A stretch of 59,501 nucleotides of DNA, counting the filler. It is 4 parts of 4 records of this genome, joined end to end, with 100 filler letters (N's around TTAATTAATTAA, not from the genome) between each part and the next. Parts side by side here need not be neighbours in the genome. Positions count along the whole stretch, not along the records: positions 1 to 27,411 come from DRR723986_2325; 3 more parts are not named here. One strand, given 5' to 3'. Made by a program: the position numbers and the translations under genes. The notes beneath the pieces were generated by a model that saw only the letters and a program-made list of their open reading frames with translations, made no database searches and was not told the DNA's origin. Of the stretch, positions 8,733-18,887 are shown one piece after another (within the stretch, counting starts at the first letter, position 1; each line of letters begins with the position of its first letter).

Positions 8733-9947
8733 TCAGAAGTTGACCAGCTTCCGGCTGGCTGCCTGCTGTTCGTCGAAGATTTCTCCAACGCGGTTGGAGA
8801 TGACATCCAGACCGCCAAGCAGATTGTCGACGCCGGCTGCGGAAGGCGAAGCCATGCCCGGAAGTTCGGACAAGGCCGCAGCCATCAGGTCGGGATCCGG
8901 ATACTGGTCGATCGGCAACACCTTCAAGAGGCCGCTTTGTTCGGCCCGCTCGGCCCGGATAGCCTGTTCCCGGCGCGGAATGACGCGCGGTACCATCAGG
9001 GTTGGCTTGTCGAAGGACAGGATCTCGCAGAACGTATTGTACCCCCCCATGCCGACAATGGCTGTGGCATTGGCAAGATAGGGTTCGATCTGCGGTGTGA
9101 AGCGGATGATCTCGACGTCGCGCAGGTGTTCGGCGCGCTCGCTGAACTGGGTTGCGGCGGCCGCCGGCATGAAGGGGCCAAGCACGATCAGGGCCGGGAA
9201 AAGCGGACGCTGCCGGGCTTCGTAGGCGCGCATCACCCAGTCGACCATTTCAACACCATCACCGCCGCCGCCTGGCGTCACCAGGATATAGGGTTCTTCG
9301 TCAAACGGCGCGGGTGCGGGATTTTCGAGCGCCGATTTCGGCAGCTCACGGCGCAGGTAACCGGTATAGCGCAGCTTGTCGCGCACCGATTTCGGCAGGT
9401 CGATGCCTTCCAGCGGATCACAGATATCTTCCGGTCCGTAGATCCAGATTTCATCGTAAAGGTCGCGCAGGGCCGGATAGACGTTCTTGCGGTCCCACTC
9501 TTCCTTCAGCACCTTCGGGTCGTCCATGACATCGCGCAGGCCAAGTACGAGCTGGGTGTCGGTATCCTTCAGGGCTTCCAGCGTCCGCAGCACTTCCCCG
9601 CGCAGGCCAAGCGGTTCCTTGTCGACGATGAAAATGTCCGGATCGAACACCTTTGCGGTGTGTTCGATGATCGATGACCTGATCGCCAGCGTCTGGTCGA
9701 TGTTGATATGCAGCGATAACGGCGTGTACTCGCCGTTGCGCAGCTTGATCACGCCGGGAATGCGAACGAAATCGACACGGGAGCGAAACTCGAAACTGCC
9801 GATGATCGGGGAGCCGGACAGGATCAGGACAGACAGCGTATCGAAGTCCCCGACCAGGGATTGCGCAATGGCCCGGCAGCGTCTGAGATGGCCCAACCCG
9901 AAGGAATCGTGGCTGTAAATGAGGATCTTCGGCGTCTTGGAACTCAT
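8733..9947 (-). CDS. Glycosyltransferase (COG4671-like)
   Basis: YSHDSFGLGHLRR, GGGGDG, MGGYNTFCE, EQAIRA. Confidence 0.88.
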   Translation of the reverse strand: MSSKTPKILIYSHDSFGLGHLRRCRAIAQSLVGDFDTLSVLILSGSPIIGSFEFRSRVDFVRIPGVIKLRNGEYTPLSLHINIDQTLAIRSSIIEHTAKVFDPDIFIVDKEPLGLRGEVLRTLEALKDTDTQLVLGLRDVMDDPKVLKEEWDRKNVYPALRDLYDEIWIYGPEDICDPLEGIDLPKSVRDKLRYTGYLRRELPKSALENPAPAPFDEEPYILVTPGGGGDGVEMVDWVMRAYEARQRPLFPALIVLGPFMPAAAATQFSERAEHLRDVEIIRFTPQIEPYLANATAIVGMGGYNTFCEILSFDKPTLMVPRVIPRREQAIRAERAEQSGLLKVLPIDQYPDPDLMAAALSELPGMASPSAAGVDNLLGGLDVISNRVGEIFDEQQAASRKLVNF

Positions 9948-10178
9948 ACTGCCCCTAAATTTGTAAAACTGCCCCGAAAGGCTTATGTCTCAATTGATTG
10001 GCCCTTGTCACGTGCGGATATTTCTTGACAGGGGACTTTCGACAAGGAACGGTCTGCGGACCCTTTTAAAGCGGTTGTGGCAAATGTTAATCCCGGCTGG
10101 CGCAACTAACTCGGATCGCTAATATACCAAATATGATCTGCTTGCACATATTTGATCCTTGTCTGTTTGGATGAGCTT

Positions 10179-12761
10179 ATGGAAAAGAGCCTTTTCGGTT
10201 TTATTTGGAAATACAGCGCCAGACAGCAAATCTTCATTCTCATGGTCACCGTACTCACATACCCGGTGGTCTATGTCCTTCTCGAACTGCCAAAACTGAT
10301 TGTCAATGATGCCGTCCAGGGAGACAATTTTCCGCGGACGATCCTTGGCGTCGATTTCGATCAAGTTCCATATCTTCTTCTTCTGTGTTTTGCCTTCCTG
10401 TTTCTGGTCGTCGTTTCGAACGGGCTGAAATTCTATCTCAATGTCTACAAGGGACGTCTCGGCGAACGCATGCTCCGGCGCCTGCGGTTCGAGCTGTTCC
10501 AGCGGGTGCTTCGCTTCCGCTTGCCGCATTTCAGAAAGGTCAGTTCAGGCGAAATCATTCCGATGATCACGTCGGAAGTGGAGGATGTCGGCGGTTACAT
10601 TGGTGAAGCCTTCGCGCTGCCGGCCTACCAAGGCGGCATGCTGATCGTGCAGATCGGCTTCATCTTCATGCAGGACCCGCTTCTGGGTCTTGCGGCCATC
10701 AGTTCCTATCCCATCCAGGGCTATGTGATCCCGCTTTTGCAGCGCAAGGTGGTGCTGTTGTCCCGGCAGCGGGTGCGCAACATCCGCGTCATTGCCGACA
10801 AGGTTGGCGAGAGCATCACGGGCGTTGCCGAAATCCATGCCAACGACGCGGCGGCCTGGCATTCGGCGGATATCTCCGACCGCCTCTACGAGAACTTCAA
10901 GATCCGGTATGACATCTTCAACCGGAAATTCCTGATCAAGTTCCTGAACAACTTCATGAACCAGCTGACGCCGTTCTTCTTCTACCTGATCGGCGGGTAT
11001 CTGGTCATTCAGGGCAATCTGAGCATCGGTGCCCTGCTGGCGGTTATCGCGGCCTACAAGGATCTGGCTGGCCCCTGGAAAGAGCTGCTTTCCTTCTACC
11101 AGATGACTGCGGACGTCAGCGTCAAGTATCAGACTGTTGTCGAAAACTTCGACCCGTCGGATATTTATGACAAGGAGCGCCTGACCTCGGACGATACGGT
11201 CGACCTTTCCGGCGACGTCAAGCTCGAGAATGTCAATTTCTCCGGCGGTGCGGCCGGGCAGGAGGTCGTCGACGTTTCGCTGACCGTTCCGTCCGGCAGT
11301 GCTTGCGCGATTGTCGGTCCGGACGGATCCGGAAGGTCGGAGGTCCTGCAGCTTGCCGCCGGGCTTGTTGCGGCCGTCTCCGGCAAGGTTTGCATCGGCA
11401 GCCACGATCTCGACAAGCTGACGGACGCCACTCTCGGCCGGCAAATCGCTTATGTCGGCGGGGCAGTGCATGTCTGGACGGGAACGATCCGGGACAACCT
11501 CTATTACGGTTTGCGCCACCGACCGCTCGTTCCGCCCCAGCGAGAGGGGGAAAGCCTGAAGAACTACAAGCGACGGCTTGCCGAAGCCAAGGAAACACGC
11601 AACCCAACGTATGACCTTGCTGCCGATTGGGACGATTTCGCTGCCGCGGGTGTCAGCGACGAGAGAGAACTCGACACAAGGGCGCTTGAACTGCTCGAGA
11701 CCGTCAAGATCGACAAGGACATCTATCGGCTCGGTCTGCAGTCGCGGTTCGATCCGACCATGGACGATGGCTTTGCCGACAAGATCCTGAACGTGCGCAA
11801 GGCACTCGCCGAGCGCATTGCCCACGAACCCGAACTTGGTGGCCTGGTCGAGCTGTGGCATCGCGATCGCTTCAATGCGAGTGCCAGCCTGGCGGACAAC
11901 CTGTTCTTTGCCGTGCCGGCCGATCCGGAAATCACCATGGACCAGGTGCCGGACCTCGATGAGGTCAAGGCCTTCCTGGCGGAAACGGGTTTCGATCAGA
12001 AGCTTCAGCAAATCGGCCTCAAGATTGCCGAAACCATGCTGGAACTGTTCTCCAATGTTTCCGGCGACAGCGGTCTGCTCGGGGCTTACTCCTTCATCAC
12101 GCTGGATGAGATTCCGGATTTCGAGCGCATTGTCCGCATCGCCAAGTCTGATCAGCCGCGCCCGGGCCTGACAGACGCCGATCGGTCACGTCTGACCGGG
12201 CTGGCCTTCAAGCTGGTCCCCGCCCGGCATCGTCTGGGTGTCATGACCGACGAATTGAAGCGCGATATCATCAGCGCCCGCCAGACGTTCCTGGAAGAGG
12301 TCGTCAAGAACAGCGACAACTTCGTTGCCTTCGATCCGGATGTCTATCTGCCGCCGCTGACCATCGAGGACAATCTCCTGTTCGGGCGTGCACGCGTCGA
12401 CCGACGGGATGCCCGGCGGCGTATCGACGATGTTATCCGCACCATTGTCGAGGAAACCGGTTTGCGGCGCCCGATCATCTATGCGGGCTTCGGATATCAC
12501 GTCGGAGTGTCCGGTTCGCGCTTGTCTGCCGGCCAGCGCCGAAAGATCGCACTGGTCCGCGGTCTTCTGAAAAACGCAAAAATCACCATATTGGACGATA
12601 TCGCCACCGGTATGACGGACGAGGACAAGACGCTTCGCGAAGGCTTGAGGCAAATCCTGTCCGGCAAAACATTCCTGTTCGGCACGTCCAATGCCGAAAT
12701 AGCAGCTGAATTCGATCAGCGCTTCATTCTGGATCAAGGACGGCTTTCAGAAAAAGGGTAA
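10179..12761 (+). CDS. ABC exporter (TMD + atypical NBD with large insertion)
   Basis: N-terminal ABC membrane domain; Walker A GPDGSGRS, signature LSAGQ, Walker B ILDD. Confidence 0.85.
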   Translation: MEKSLFGFIWKYSARQQIFILMVTVLTYPVVYVLLELPKLIVNDAVQGDNFPRTILGVDFDQVPYLLLLCFAFLFLVVVSNGLKFYLNVYKGRLGERMLRRLRFELFQRVLRFRLPHFRKVSSGEIIPMITSEVEDVGGYIGEAFALPAYQGGMLIVQIGFIFMQDPLLGLAAISSYPIQGYVIPLLQRKVVLLSRQRVRNIRVIADKVGESITGVAEIHANDAAAWHSADISDRLYENFKIRYDIFNRKFLIKFLNNFMNQLTPFFFYLIGGYLVIQGNLSIGALLAVIAAYKDLAGPWKELLSFYQMTADVSVKYQTVVENFDPSDIYDKERLTSDDTVDLSGDVKLENVNFSGGAAGQEVVDVSLTVPSGSACAIVGPDGSGRSEVLQLAAGLVAAVSGKVCIGSHDLDKLTDATLGRQIAYVGGAVHVWTGTIRDNLYYGLRHRPLVPPQREGESLKNYKRRLAEAKETRNPTYDLAADWDDFAAAGVSDERELDTRALELLETVKIDKDIYRLGLQSRFDPTMDDGFADKILNVRKALAERIAHEPELGGLVELWHRDRFNASASLADNLFFAVPADPEITMDQVPDLDEVKAFLAETGFDQKLQQIGLKIAETMLELFSNVSGDSGLLGAYSFITLDEIPDFERIVRIAKSDQPRPGLTDADRSRLTGLAFKLVPARHRLGVMTDELKRDIISARQTFLEEVVKNSDNFVAFDPDVYLPPLTIEDNLLFGRARVDRRDARRRIDDVIRTIVEETGLRRPIIYAGFGYHVGVSGSRLSAGQRRKIALVRGLLKNAKITILDDIATGMTDEDKTLREGLRQILSGKTFLFGTSNAEIAAEFDQRFILDQGRLSEKG

Positions 12762-12860
12762 GACGGTGGGTGTGACAATAGGTGGGCTACCGGTCTGCGG
12801 GGACCGGCCGGGCGATTCGGTTCGGTCGGAGCGAAAAAACAACGGGCGCGGGAGAAGAAG

Positions 12861-13319
12861 ATGACACTTGAAACCGAAGTCGAGGCACTCCGTAAGGTGC
12901 CATTGTTCCGCGGGATCGACGAGACCAAGCTGAGGCTTCTGGCCTTCATCAGTGATCGGACCGAGTACCCCTCCGGCGAACGTCTTTGCTCCCAGGGAGA
13001 AGAAGGTGATTGCGCCTTCATCATCCTGTCCGGCGATGCGGATGTTCTGGTCGACACGCCTGAGGGAGAAAAAAAGGTAGCGCAGGTTTCGGAAAATTCA
13101 ATTGTTGGCGAAATCGCTATTCTGTGCGACGTACCAAGAACCGCGACACTGGTCGCAGCGAATGACATGGATGTTCTCACTGTTTCGAAAGACGATTTCT
13201 TGAAACTATTGAAAGAATTTCCGGATATCTCGCTGGAGGTGATGCGGACACTGGCGCTGCGGCTTGAACGGACGACCCGGGATCTTGCCGACGCACGTCG
13301 AGGGGCTGCCAGCGGTTAG
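12861..13319 (+). CDS. Stand-alone cyclic-nucleotide-binding domain protein
   Basis: QGEEGD..FII.SG, GEIAILCDVPRTAT phosphate-binding cassette; no HTH. Confidence 0.9.
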   Translation: MTLETEVEALRKVPLFRGIDETKLRLLAFISDRTEYPSGERLCSQGEEGDCAFIILSGDADVLVDTPEGEKKVAQVSENSIVGEIAILCDVPRTATLVAANDMDVLTVSKDDFLKLLKEFPDISLEVMRTLALRLERTTRDLADARRGAASG

Positions 13320-13329
13320 GGAGTAACAC

Positions 13330-14154
13330 GTGGCTGAGGAATTTTCGCTTCGTTGCTGGGGCGTCAGAGGGTCCACCCCGACGCCGGGGTCGAGCACACT
13401 CCGCTATGGCGGCGAAACGTCGTGTTTCGAGATCCGGGCCGGCGATGCGCTGGTTCTGGTCGATTGCGGTTCCGGCGCCCGAAATCTGGGCATGGAAATC
13501 TGCAGGTGCAAGACACGAACATTCGATTTGCTCTTCACCCATACCCATCTCGACCACATCTGCGGTCTTCCCTTTTTCAAACCTGCCTATGATCCGAGCT
13601 TCTCTGTCACTGCCTGGGCCGGACACTTTCAGGACGAAACCAGCCTCGTTGACATCGTCAGCCGGATCATGTCGCCGCCGATCTTCCCGGTAGCTGCCAA
13701 GACGTTGAAGGCGGTCGAGTTCAAGTCCTTCAATGCCGGAGACCTCATCCCGCGCACCGATGATCTCGTCATCCGCACCACGCGGCTTAACCACCCCGGT
13801 GGAGCGTGTGGTTACCGCTTCGAATTTAAGGGCAAATCGATTTGCATCATCACGGATCACGAACATGGCGATCCGGAAATTGATGCAGCTCTACCTGATT
13901 TCGTGCGCAATTCCGACGTCATGATCTATGACGCCATGTTCACTGACGACGAATACGACACCTACAAGGGTTGGGGACACTCCACCTGGCAGAAGGCTGT
14001 CGAGCTGGCAAAGGCCGGCAACGTAAAGACCCCCGTTCTCTTCCATCATGATCCGCGCAGGTCTGACGACGAGCTTGATGAAATCGGTCTCGCCGCTCAA
14101 AACGCTTATCCCGGAACACTGGTCGCCAGCGAAGGCATGACCCTCAAGCCGTAA
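13330..14154 (+). CDS. Metallo-beta-lactamase-fold hydrolase (phosphodiesterase/ElaC-like)
   Basis: WGVRGS, THTHLDH, HPGG, TDHE, GWGHS, FHHDP. Confidence 0.88.
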   Translation: MAEEFSLRCWGVRGSTPTPGSSTLRYGGETSCFEIRAGDALVLVDCGSGARNLGMEICRCKTRTFDLLFTHTHLDHICGLPFFKPAYDPSFSVTAWAGHFQDETSLVDIVSRIMSPPIFPVAAKTLKAVEFKSFNAGDLIPRTDDLVIRTTRLNHPGGACGYRFEFKGKSICIITDHEHGDPEIDAALPDFVRNSDVMIYDAMFTDDEYDTYKGWGHSTWQKAVELAKAGNVKTPVLFHHDPRRSDDELDEIGLAAQNAYPGTLVASEGMTLKP

Positions 14155-14189
14155 GCGCCGCCCTGCCAGACAAGCCTCGTTTCAATAAT

Positions 14190-14217
14190 AAAAAAAGGGC
14201 GGCTCAAATAGCCGCCC
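14190..14217 (-). terminator. Rho-independent terminator, minus-strand polarity
   Basis: Stem GGGCGGCT/AGCCGCCC; the 7-A run on the + strand gives a U-tract only on the minus strand. Confidence 0.65.
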
Positions 14218-14649
14218 AAAAAATCAATAAGGCTTAAAAATAGATCGATCGCCGGTTGCTGGAATGCGGGAATCCCGAGATTGCCGCCGGAAAACAAACG
14301 CTTGTGACTTGAAATGCCGTCACTCGTGCCTGCCGGATACGATCAATAGTTGTTTACAGGGTGTAGGAAATACTTGCATGGTCCATTTGGACTATAAATA
14401 TGTATTTTCCGCAGCTGGGGAAGGGCGGATGGTTGGCCAGTATTTGGACGTGTGCCGGCCTCTGCAGACTGGCGTGATGACGAAATGGTCGGAACTTGAT
14501 CAATGTTAACGCGCTGCCTCCGTTTTTTGCATATGTATTGAGGTGGAGCGTCGCAAGGCGGAGCAGGCTTAGCGGAAGCTGAAGCGTCAATCTGGTCTGC
14601 CCGATTTCGTTTACTGGCGTGATGCCGCAAGAACTCCCGGGGGGAAGGG

Positions 14650-15801
14650 TTGGCTGTCGCAGCAGAAGAATTGATTAGGCTGTCGAACCTTGCTGTATCG
14701 GCGGCACTGGATCCTGGGCGGTGGCAGGTTTTTCTCGACACGCTGAGCTGCAGCCTTGGTACGCGCGTATGCACGCAGCTGATCGGCTACGACGACCTGA
14801 CCAAAGCCACACCGCTCACCTTTTCGTCGGGATACGACCCGTACATTCTGGAACTCTACGACGAGCACTATGCGGACAAGAACCCGTTTGCTGCCAACTT
14901 TGCCACGTGCAAGGTGGGAGATGTCGTGTCAACCCATCAGCTGTGCCGACCCGAAACGCTGAAAAAGACCCAGTTCTACGCCGACCTTTTGTTGCCTCTT
15001 GAAGATATTACCGGTGGCGGCGGCTCGATGCTGGCGCTGGATGGCGATCGCATGTTCCTGCTCGGTGGTAACATGCGCTCGAAAGATCGCGACAAATATG
15101 AAGACGACTGGCTTCGCCTGTGCGCGCAACTCGCCCCGGTCATCCGTCAGTCACTGGAAATCAATCGGACCATCTCCGGACTGACCTTCGAGAAATGGGC
15201 TGCTGAACAGCATCTCATGGGATCTGGAACGGCGATTTTTGTGATCGATACCGCGATGCGGATCCACTATGCCTGCGCGGAGGCGCAAAAGCTCCTGGCC
15301 TCAGGCTCTCTTGTCGGATGTGGTTTCGACAGGCGTCTGCATTTCCGGTCCGAAGAGGATCAAGGCAGGTTCGCTGGCTTCGTGCAGCTTCAGTCCATGA
15401 GTGGTTACGATGTGTTTCGGAACTGGCAGGCAACGGATGGCAGAGGCAGGAACTGGGCCTGCCGCTCAATAGGTTTGCAACTGGGGGATCTGGACAAGAC
15501 GCCCTTCGGTGTTTTCATGAACAAGGCGGTCTCTGCAGTACTGCTGGCGGTCAGGCCCGAAGCCGGCAGCGATACGTTCCTGGCTCAAATGCAGAAGAAG
15601 CTTGGTCTCAGCCCGGCAGAAGCGGCAACGGTCCTGAAGCTTGCAGATGGCCGGACACCGGCGGAAATAGCCCAGGACCGTGAGATCAGCATTTATACCG
15701 TGCGCAACCAGATCAAGGCTGCGCTCTCCAAGACCGGGTCGCGACGTCAAGCCGAACTTGTGCGCAGTATTGAGCAATTGCGTTTGCAAGGCAGCCGGTA
15801 A
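14650..15801 (+). CDS. LuxR-type HTH transcriptional regulator with N-terminal sensor domain
   Basis: C-terminal LSPAEA..LADG.TPAEIA..R.ISIYTVRNQIK..LSKTG.RRQAELV. Confidence 0.85.
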   Translation: MAVAAEELIRLSNLAVSAALDPGRWQVFLDTLSCSLGTRVCTQLIGYDDLTKATPLTFSSGYDPYILELYDEHYADKNPFAANFATCKVGDVVSTHQLCRPETLKKTQFYADLLLPLEDITGGGGSMLALDGDRMFLLGGNMRSKDRDKYEDDWLRLCAQLAPVIRQSLEINRTISGLTFEKWAAEQHLMGSGTAIFVIDTAMRIHYACAEAQKLLASGSLVGCGFDRRLHFRSEEDQGRFAGFVQLQSMSGYDVFRNWQATDGRGRNWACRSIGLQLGDLDKTPFGVFMNKAVSAVLLAVRPEAGSDTFLAQMQKKLGLSPAEAATVLKLADGRTPAEIAQDREISIYTVRNQIKAALSKTGSRRQAELVRSIEQLRLQGSR

Positions 15802-15900
15802 GGGCCTGCTCACGTCCACTCACTTTACCGCGGGGTCGCTTGCGCAATTCGCGGTGCCGGTGGAAAATCTGCGCACGAGCAACGTCTTATCGGCGGCGAG

Positions 15901-17256
15901 ATGACCACCATATCCCAGACACTGCGTTACATCCTGCAAGGCGGACCTCCGGATACCGGCATTCCGGAACGGGTCAGGGCCGAAATCCGTGCCCGAGAAG
16001 CGTCCTCCGAGCGCCTGATAGGCTGGGTCCAGCTTGGGCTCGTGCTGTTTTTCTCACTGCTTTACGCCATTGCCCCAAGGGCTGAGGGATCGGCCGGTTT
16101 CAACTTTGTGCCTATTGCCCTTGCAGCCTACTTTCTGTTCACCGTCCTTCGGCTTGTGCTGTCGTACAGGTTTGAATTGCCGCGCTGGTATCTATTTGTG
16201 TCGATCGGTGTCGACATGGCCCTCCTGGTCGGGTTGATCTTTTCGTTTCACATTCAATACGGCCAGCATCCGACGTTCTATCTGAAGACGCCAACTTTGA
16301 TGTATGTCTTCCTCTTCATCGGGCTAAGGGCTTTGCGGTTCGATCCGCGCTTCGTATTGACCACAGGCCTTGTGGCGGTCACTGGCTGGCTCGGACTGGT
16401 GTTTTATGCGGTGTTCGCAGACATGGACCACATGCGCGTGACCCGTAATTATGTCGACTACCTGACGGGCAACACAATCCTGATTGGTGCTGAACTGGAC
16501 AAGACCATGGTTATCCTGGCCGTGACGATAATCCTGTCCGTTGCTCTCTACAGGGGACGGTCGATGCTGTTCGAGGCTTCGAAAGATCACGCGGCTGCAA
16601 TGGATCTGAGCCGCTTCTTCTCGCCGGAAGTTGCGGCCTCGATCACCGGAGCGGACACGGCGTTGCAGGCCGGCGAAGGAAGCTTGCGCGATGCCGCCAT
16701 TCTTTATGCCGACATCCGTTCCTTTACTTCCACCTCCGCCACTCTGCCTCCGGAAACTGTGCTGGCGGTCCTGGCCGAGTACCAGAACCTGGCGGTTGAT
16801 GTGATCGTTGAGGAAGGAGGACGGGTAGACAAGTTTCTGGGTGACGGCATCCTGGCAACCTTCGGCGCTGTCTATCCCTCCACGACTTACGCCGCCGATG
16901 CGCTACGAGCGGCCAAACGTCTGGTGGAAACCGTGGAGCGGGAACAGCAGCGTTTTCGGGACGCCGGCTGGCCGGGACAATTGCGCATTGGAACAGCGGC
17001 TGCCGCCGGGCCGGTCACGGTCGGTGTGATCGGTTCCAGGGAGCGCCTGGAATTCACGGTGATTGGTGATGCCGTCAACTGCGCTGCCAAGCTGGAAGAC
17101 GCCAACAAGAGCCAGGGAACCAAGGCGCTGACAGACAAGGCGACGTTTGATCTGGCCGTTGCACAGGGGCACGACCTGCCCTTGATCGAAGCAAGGTCGG
17201 ATGCGTCAGTCCAAGGTATCAAGCGTCCTGTCGACCTGGTGGTTCTGGCCAGATAG
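15901..17256 (+). CDS. Membrane-bound class III adenylate cyclase
   Basis: Multiple TM helices; ILYADIRSFT, KFLGDG, EFTVIGDAVN..AKLE. Confidence 0.9.
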   Translation: MTTISQTLRYILQGGPPDTGIPERVRAEIRAREASSERLIGWVQLGLVLFFSLLYAIAPRAEGSAGFNFVPIALAAYFLFTVLRLVLSYRFELPRWYLFVSIGVDMALLVGLIFSFHIQYGQHPTFYLKTPTLMYVFLFIGLRALRFDPRFVLTTGLVAVTGWLGLVFYAVFADMDHMRVTRNYVDYLTGNTILIGAELDKTMVILAVTIILSVALYRGRSMLFEASKDHAAAMDLSRFFSPEVAASITGADTALQAGEGSLRDAAILYADIRSFTSTSATLPPETVLAVLAEYQNLAVDVIVEEGGRVDKFLGDGILATFGAVYPSTTYAADALRAAKRLVETVEREQQRFRDAGWPGQLRIGTAAAAGPVTVGVIGSRERLEFTVIGDAVNCAAKLEDANKSQGTKALTDKATFDLAVAQGHDLPLIEARSDASVQGIKRPVDLVVLAR

Positions 17257-17303
17257 TCCGTCGGAGGCCCGCCGAACTGCCTTTTTGGTCAATACCGAAA
17301 CAC

Positions 17304-17360
17304 TTGACCGAACCGTCAATCTGGGCCAATTTGCCTTCAAAATTGACCTAATCGTCAATT
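17304..17360. promoter_or_regulatory. Tandem palindromic operators TTGAC-N6-GTCAA
   Basis: TTGACCGAACCGTCAA (17304-17319) and AATTGACCTAATCGTCAATT (17341-17360) upstream of the SDR gene. Confidence 0.6.
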
Positions 17361-17412
17361 GAGTAGATTAAATTCATTGATTTCAATGAATTGCATCCGT
17401 TTGGAGGTTTCT

Positions 17413-18180
17413 GTGAAACTGGACTCAACACTTTCAGCCATCGTGACAGGCGGTGCATCCGGGCTCGGAGCCGCCACCGCGCGCATGCTCGCGGCCGAAG
17501 GCGTCAAGGTAACGCTGTTCGATCGCAATGCCGGTCAGGGGGAACAGGTCGCCGCAGAAATTGGCGGCGTCTTTGCCGATGTCGATGTGACTGACCAGGC
17601 GAGCGTCGAAGCCGGTTTCGAAAAGGCGCGCGCAGCCCACGGTCAGGAGCGGATCCTGGTCAATTGCGCCGGTATTGCACCTGTGGCGAAGACGACGTCT
17701 CGCGGCGAACCTCACCCGATGGACATGTTCGAGAAGGTGATTTCCGTCAACCTGATCGGGTCTTTCCGGTGCCTGTCGATTGCAGCAACGGGCATGGCCG
17801 CGCTGGAGCCCGTCACGGCGGACGGTGGACGTGGTGTGATCGTTTCCACGGCTTCGGTTGCTGCCTTCGATGGCCAGATCGGTCAGGTGGCCTATGCAGC
17901 CTCCAAGGCAGGGGTTGCAGGAATGACGTTGCCTGTCGCCCGTGACCTTTCCAAGTCCGGCATTCGTGTCATGACGATCGCACCGGGCATCTTCGAGACG
18001 CCGATGCTGTTGGGTCTGTCACAGGAGGTTCAGGATTCGCTTGGCCAGCAGGTTCCGTTCCCTTCGCGCCTCGGCAAGGCGACTGAATATGCGAAGCTGG
18101 TCAAATCCATCTGCGAAAACGACATGCTGAACGGCGAAACCATTCGTCTCGACGGCGCAATCCGCATGGCACCCCGCTAA
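17413..18180 (+). CDS. SDR, type II 3-hydroxyacyl-CoA dehydrogenase (HSD10-like)
   Basis: TGGASGLG, NCAGI, DGQIGQVAYAASK, RLDGAIRMAPR; GTG follows GGAGG. Confidence 0.92.
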   Translation: MKLDSTLSAIVTGGASGLGAATARMLAAEGVKVTLFDRNAGQGEQVAAEIGGVFADVDVTDQASVEAGFEKARAAHGQERILVNCAGIAPVAKTTSRGEPHPMDMFEKVISVNLIGSFRCLSIAATGMAALEPVTADGGRGVIVSTASVAAFDGQIGQVAYAASKAGVAGMTLPVARDLSKSGIRVMTIAPGIFETPMLLGLSQEVQDSLGQQVPFPSRLGKATEYAKLVKSICENDMLNGETIRLDGAIRMAPR

Positions 18181-18380
18181 CAACGTCGTTTGCGGCGGGC
18201 TGCTGGAGCGGCAAGAAGAACAGATCTGTCCGGTTGGTGGCTGAAGGGTTGCGGCCGGATAGGTTGTGTCAAAGTCCTCCAAAGTCACACTTTTTCATAC
18301 GCATGACCGGAAATCCCTTTTAAGGTTACGCTACTGCTTCCGCCATATCGGGTGGAACGAGGGCGTAAGGGGGAATTCCG

Positions 18381-18887
18381 ATGGCGGAAAATATGCACGA
18401 GCTTGCTCCGCATCATCTGCCGCCTTTCATACCGGCTGCGGACGGTGGTGATTGGCTTTTTACCGTGATGCTGGTCGTGCTGATTTTGGGCGGAATCCTT
18501 GTCGGGGTGTTCTATCTGCACCTGCATTCGATCCCTGAACGGCTAGCCCACAAACACGGGCGCATGCAGTTCGAGCTTGTTGCAGTCCTCGGTCTTCTAG
18601 CTCTTTTCACACACAACAACATCTTCTGGGTCGCAGCGCTTCTGCTCGCCTTCATTCAGCTTCCCGATTTCTGGACACCGCTGGAATCGATGGCCCATTC
18701 CCTGAGCCGTCTGGCCGGAACGGGTGGTGTTTCGTCTGAAGCCTTGGTCGAGCATGATCTTGAGCAGGAAGAGCAGGAGCTGGAGGCCGGCACGAGTGCG
18801 TTGGAGGGAGCGCCTCACGAACCACCGCCAACCCCAGCCGATCATTCCACTGCATCGACAGCCGAACAGGAGAACAAACATGTTTGA
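18381..18887 (+). CDS. Inner-membrane protein (DUF3302/YibI-like) partner of HlyD protein
   Basis: LHSIPERLAH, LALFTHNNIFWVAALLLA; overlaps the HlyD start. Confidence 0.7.
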   Translation: MAENMHELAPHHLPPFIPAADGGDWLFTVMLVVLILGGILVGVFYLHLHSIPERLAHKHGRMQFELVAVLGLLALFTHNNIFWVAALLLAFIQLPDFWTPLESMAHSLSRLAGTGGVSSEALVEHDLEQEEQELEAGTSALEGAPHEPPPTPADHSTASTAEQENKHV

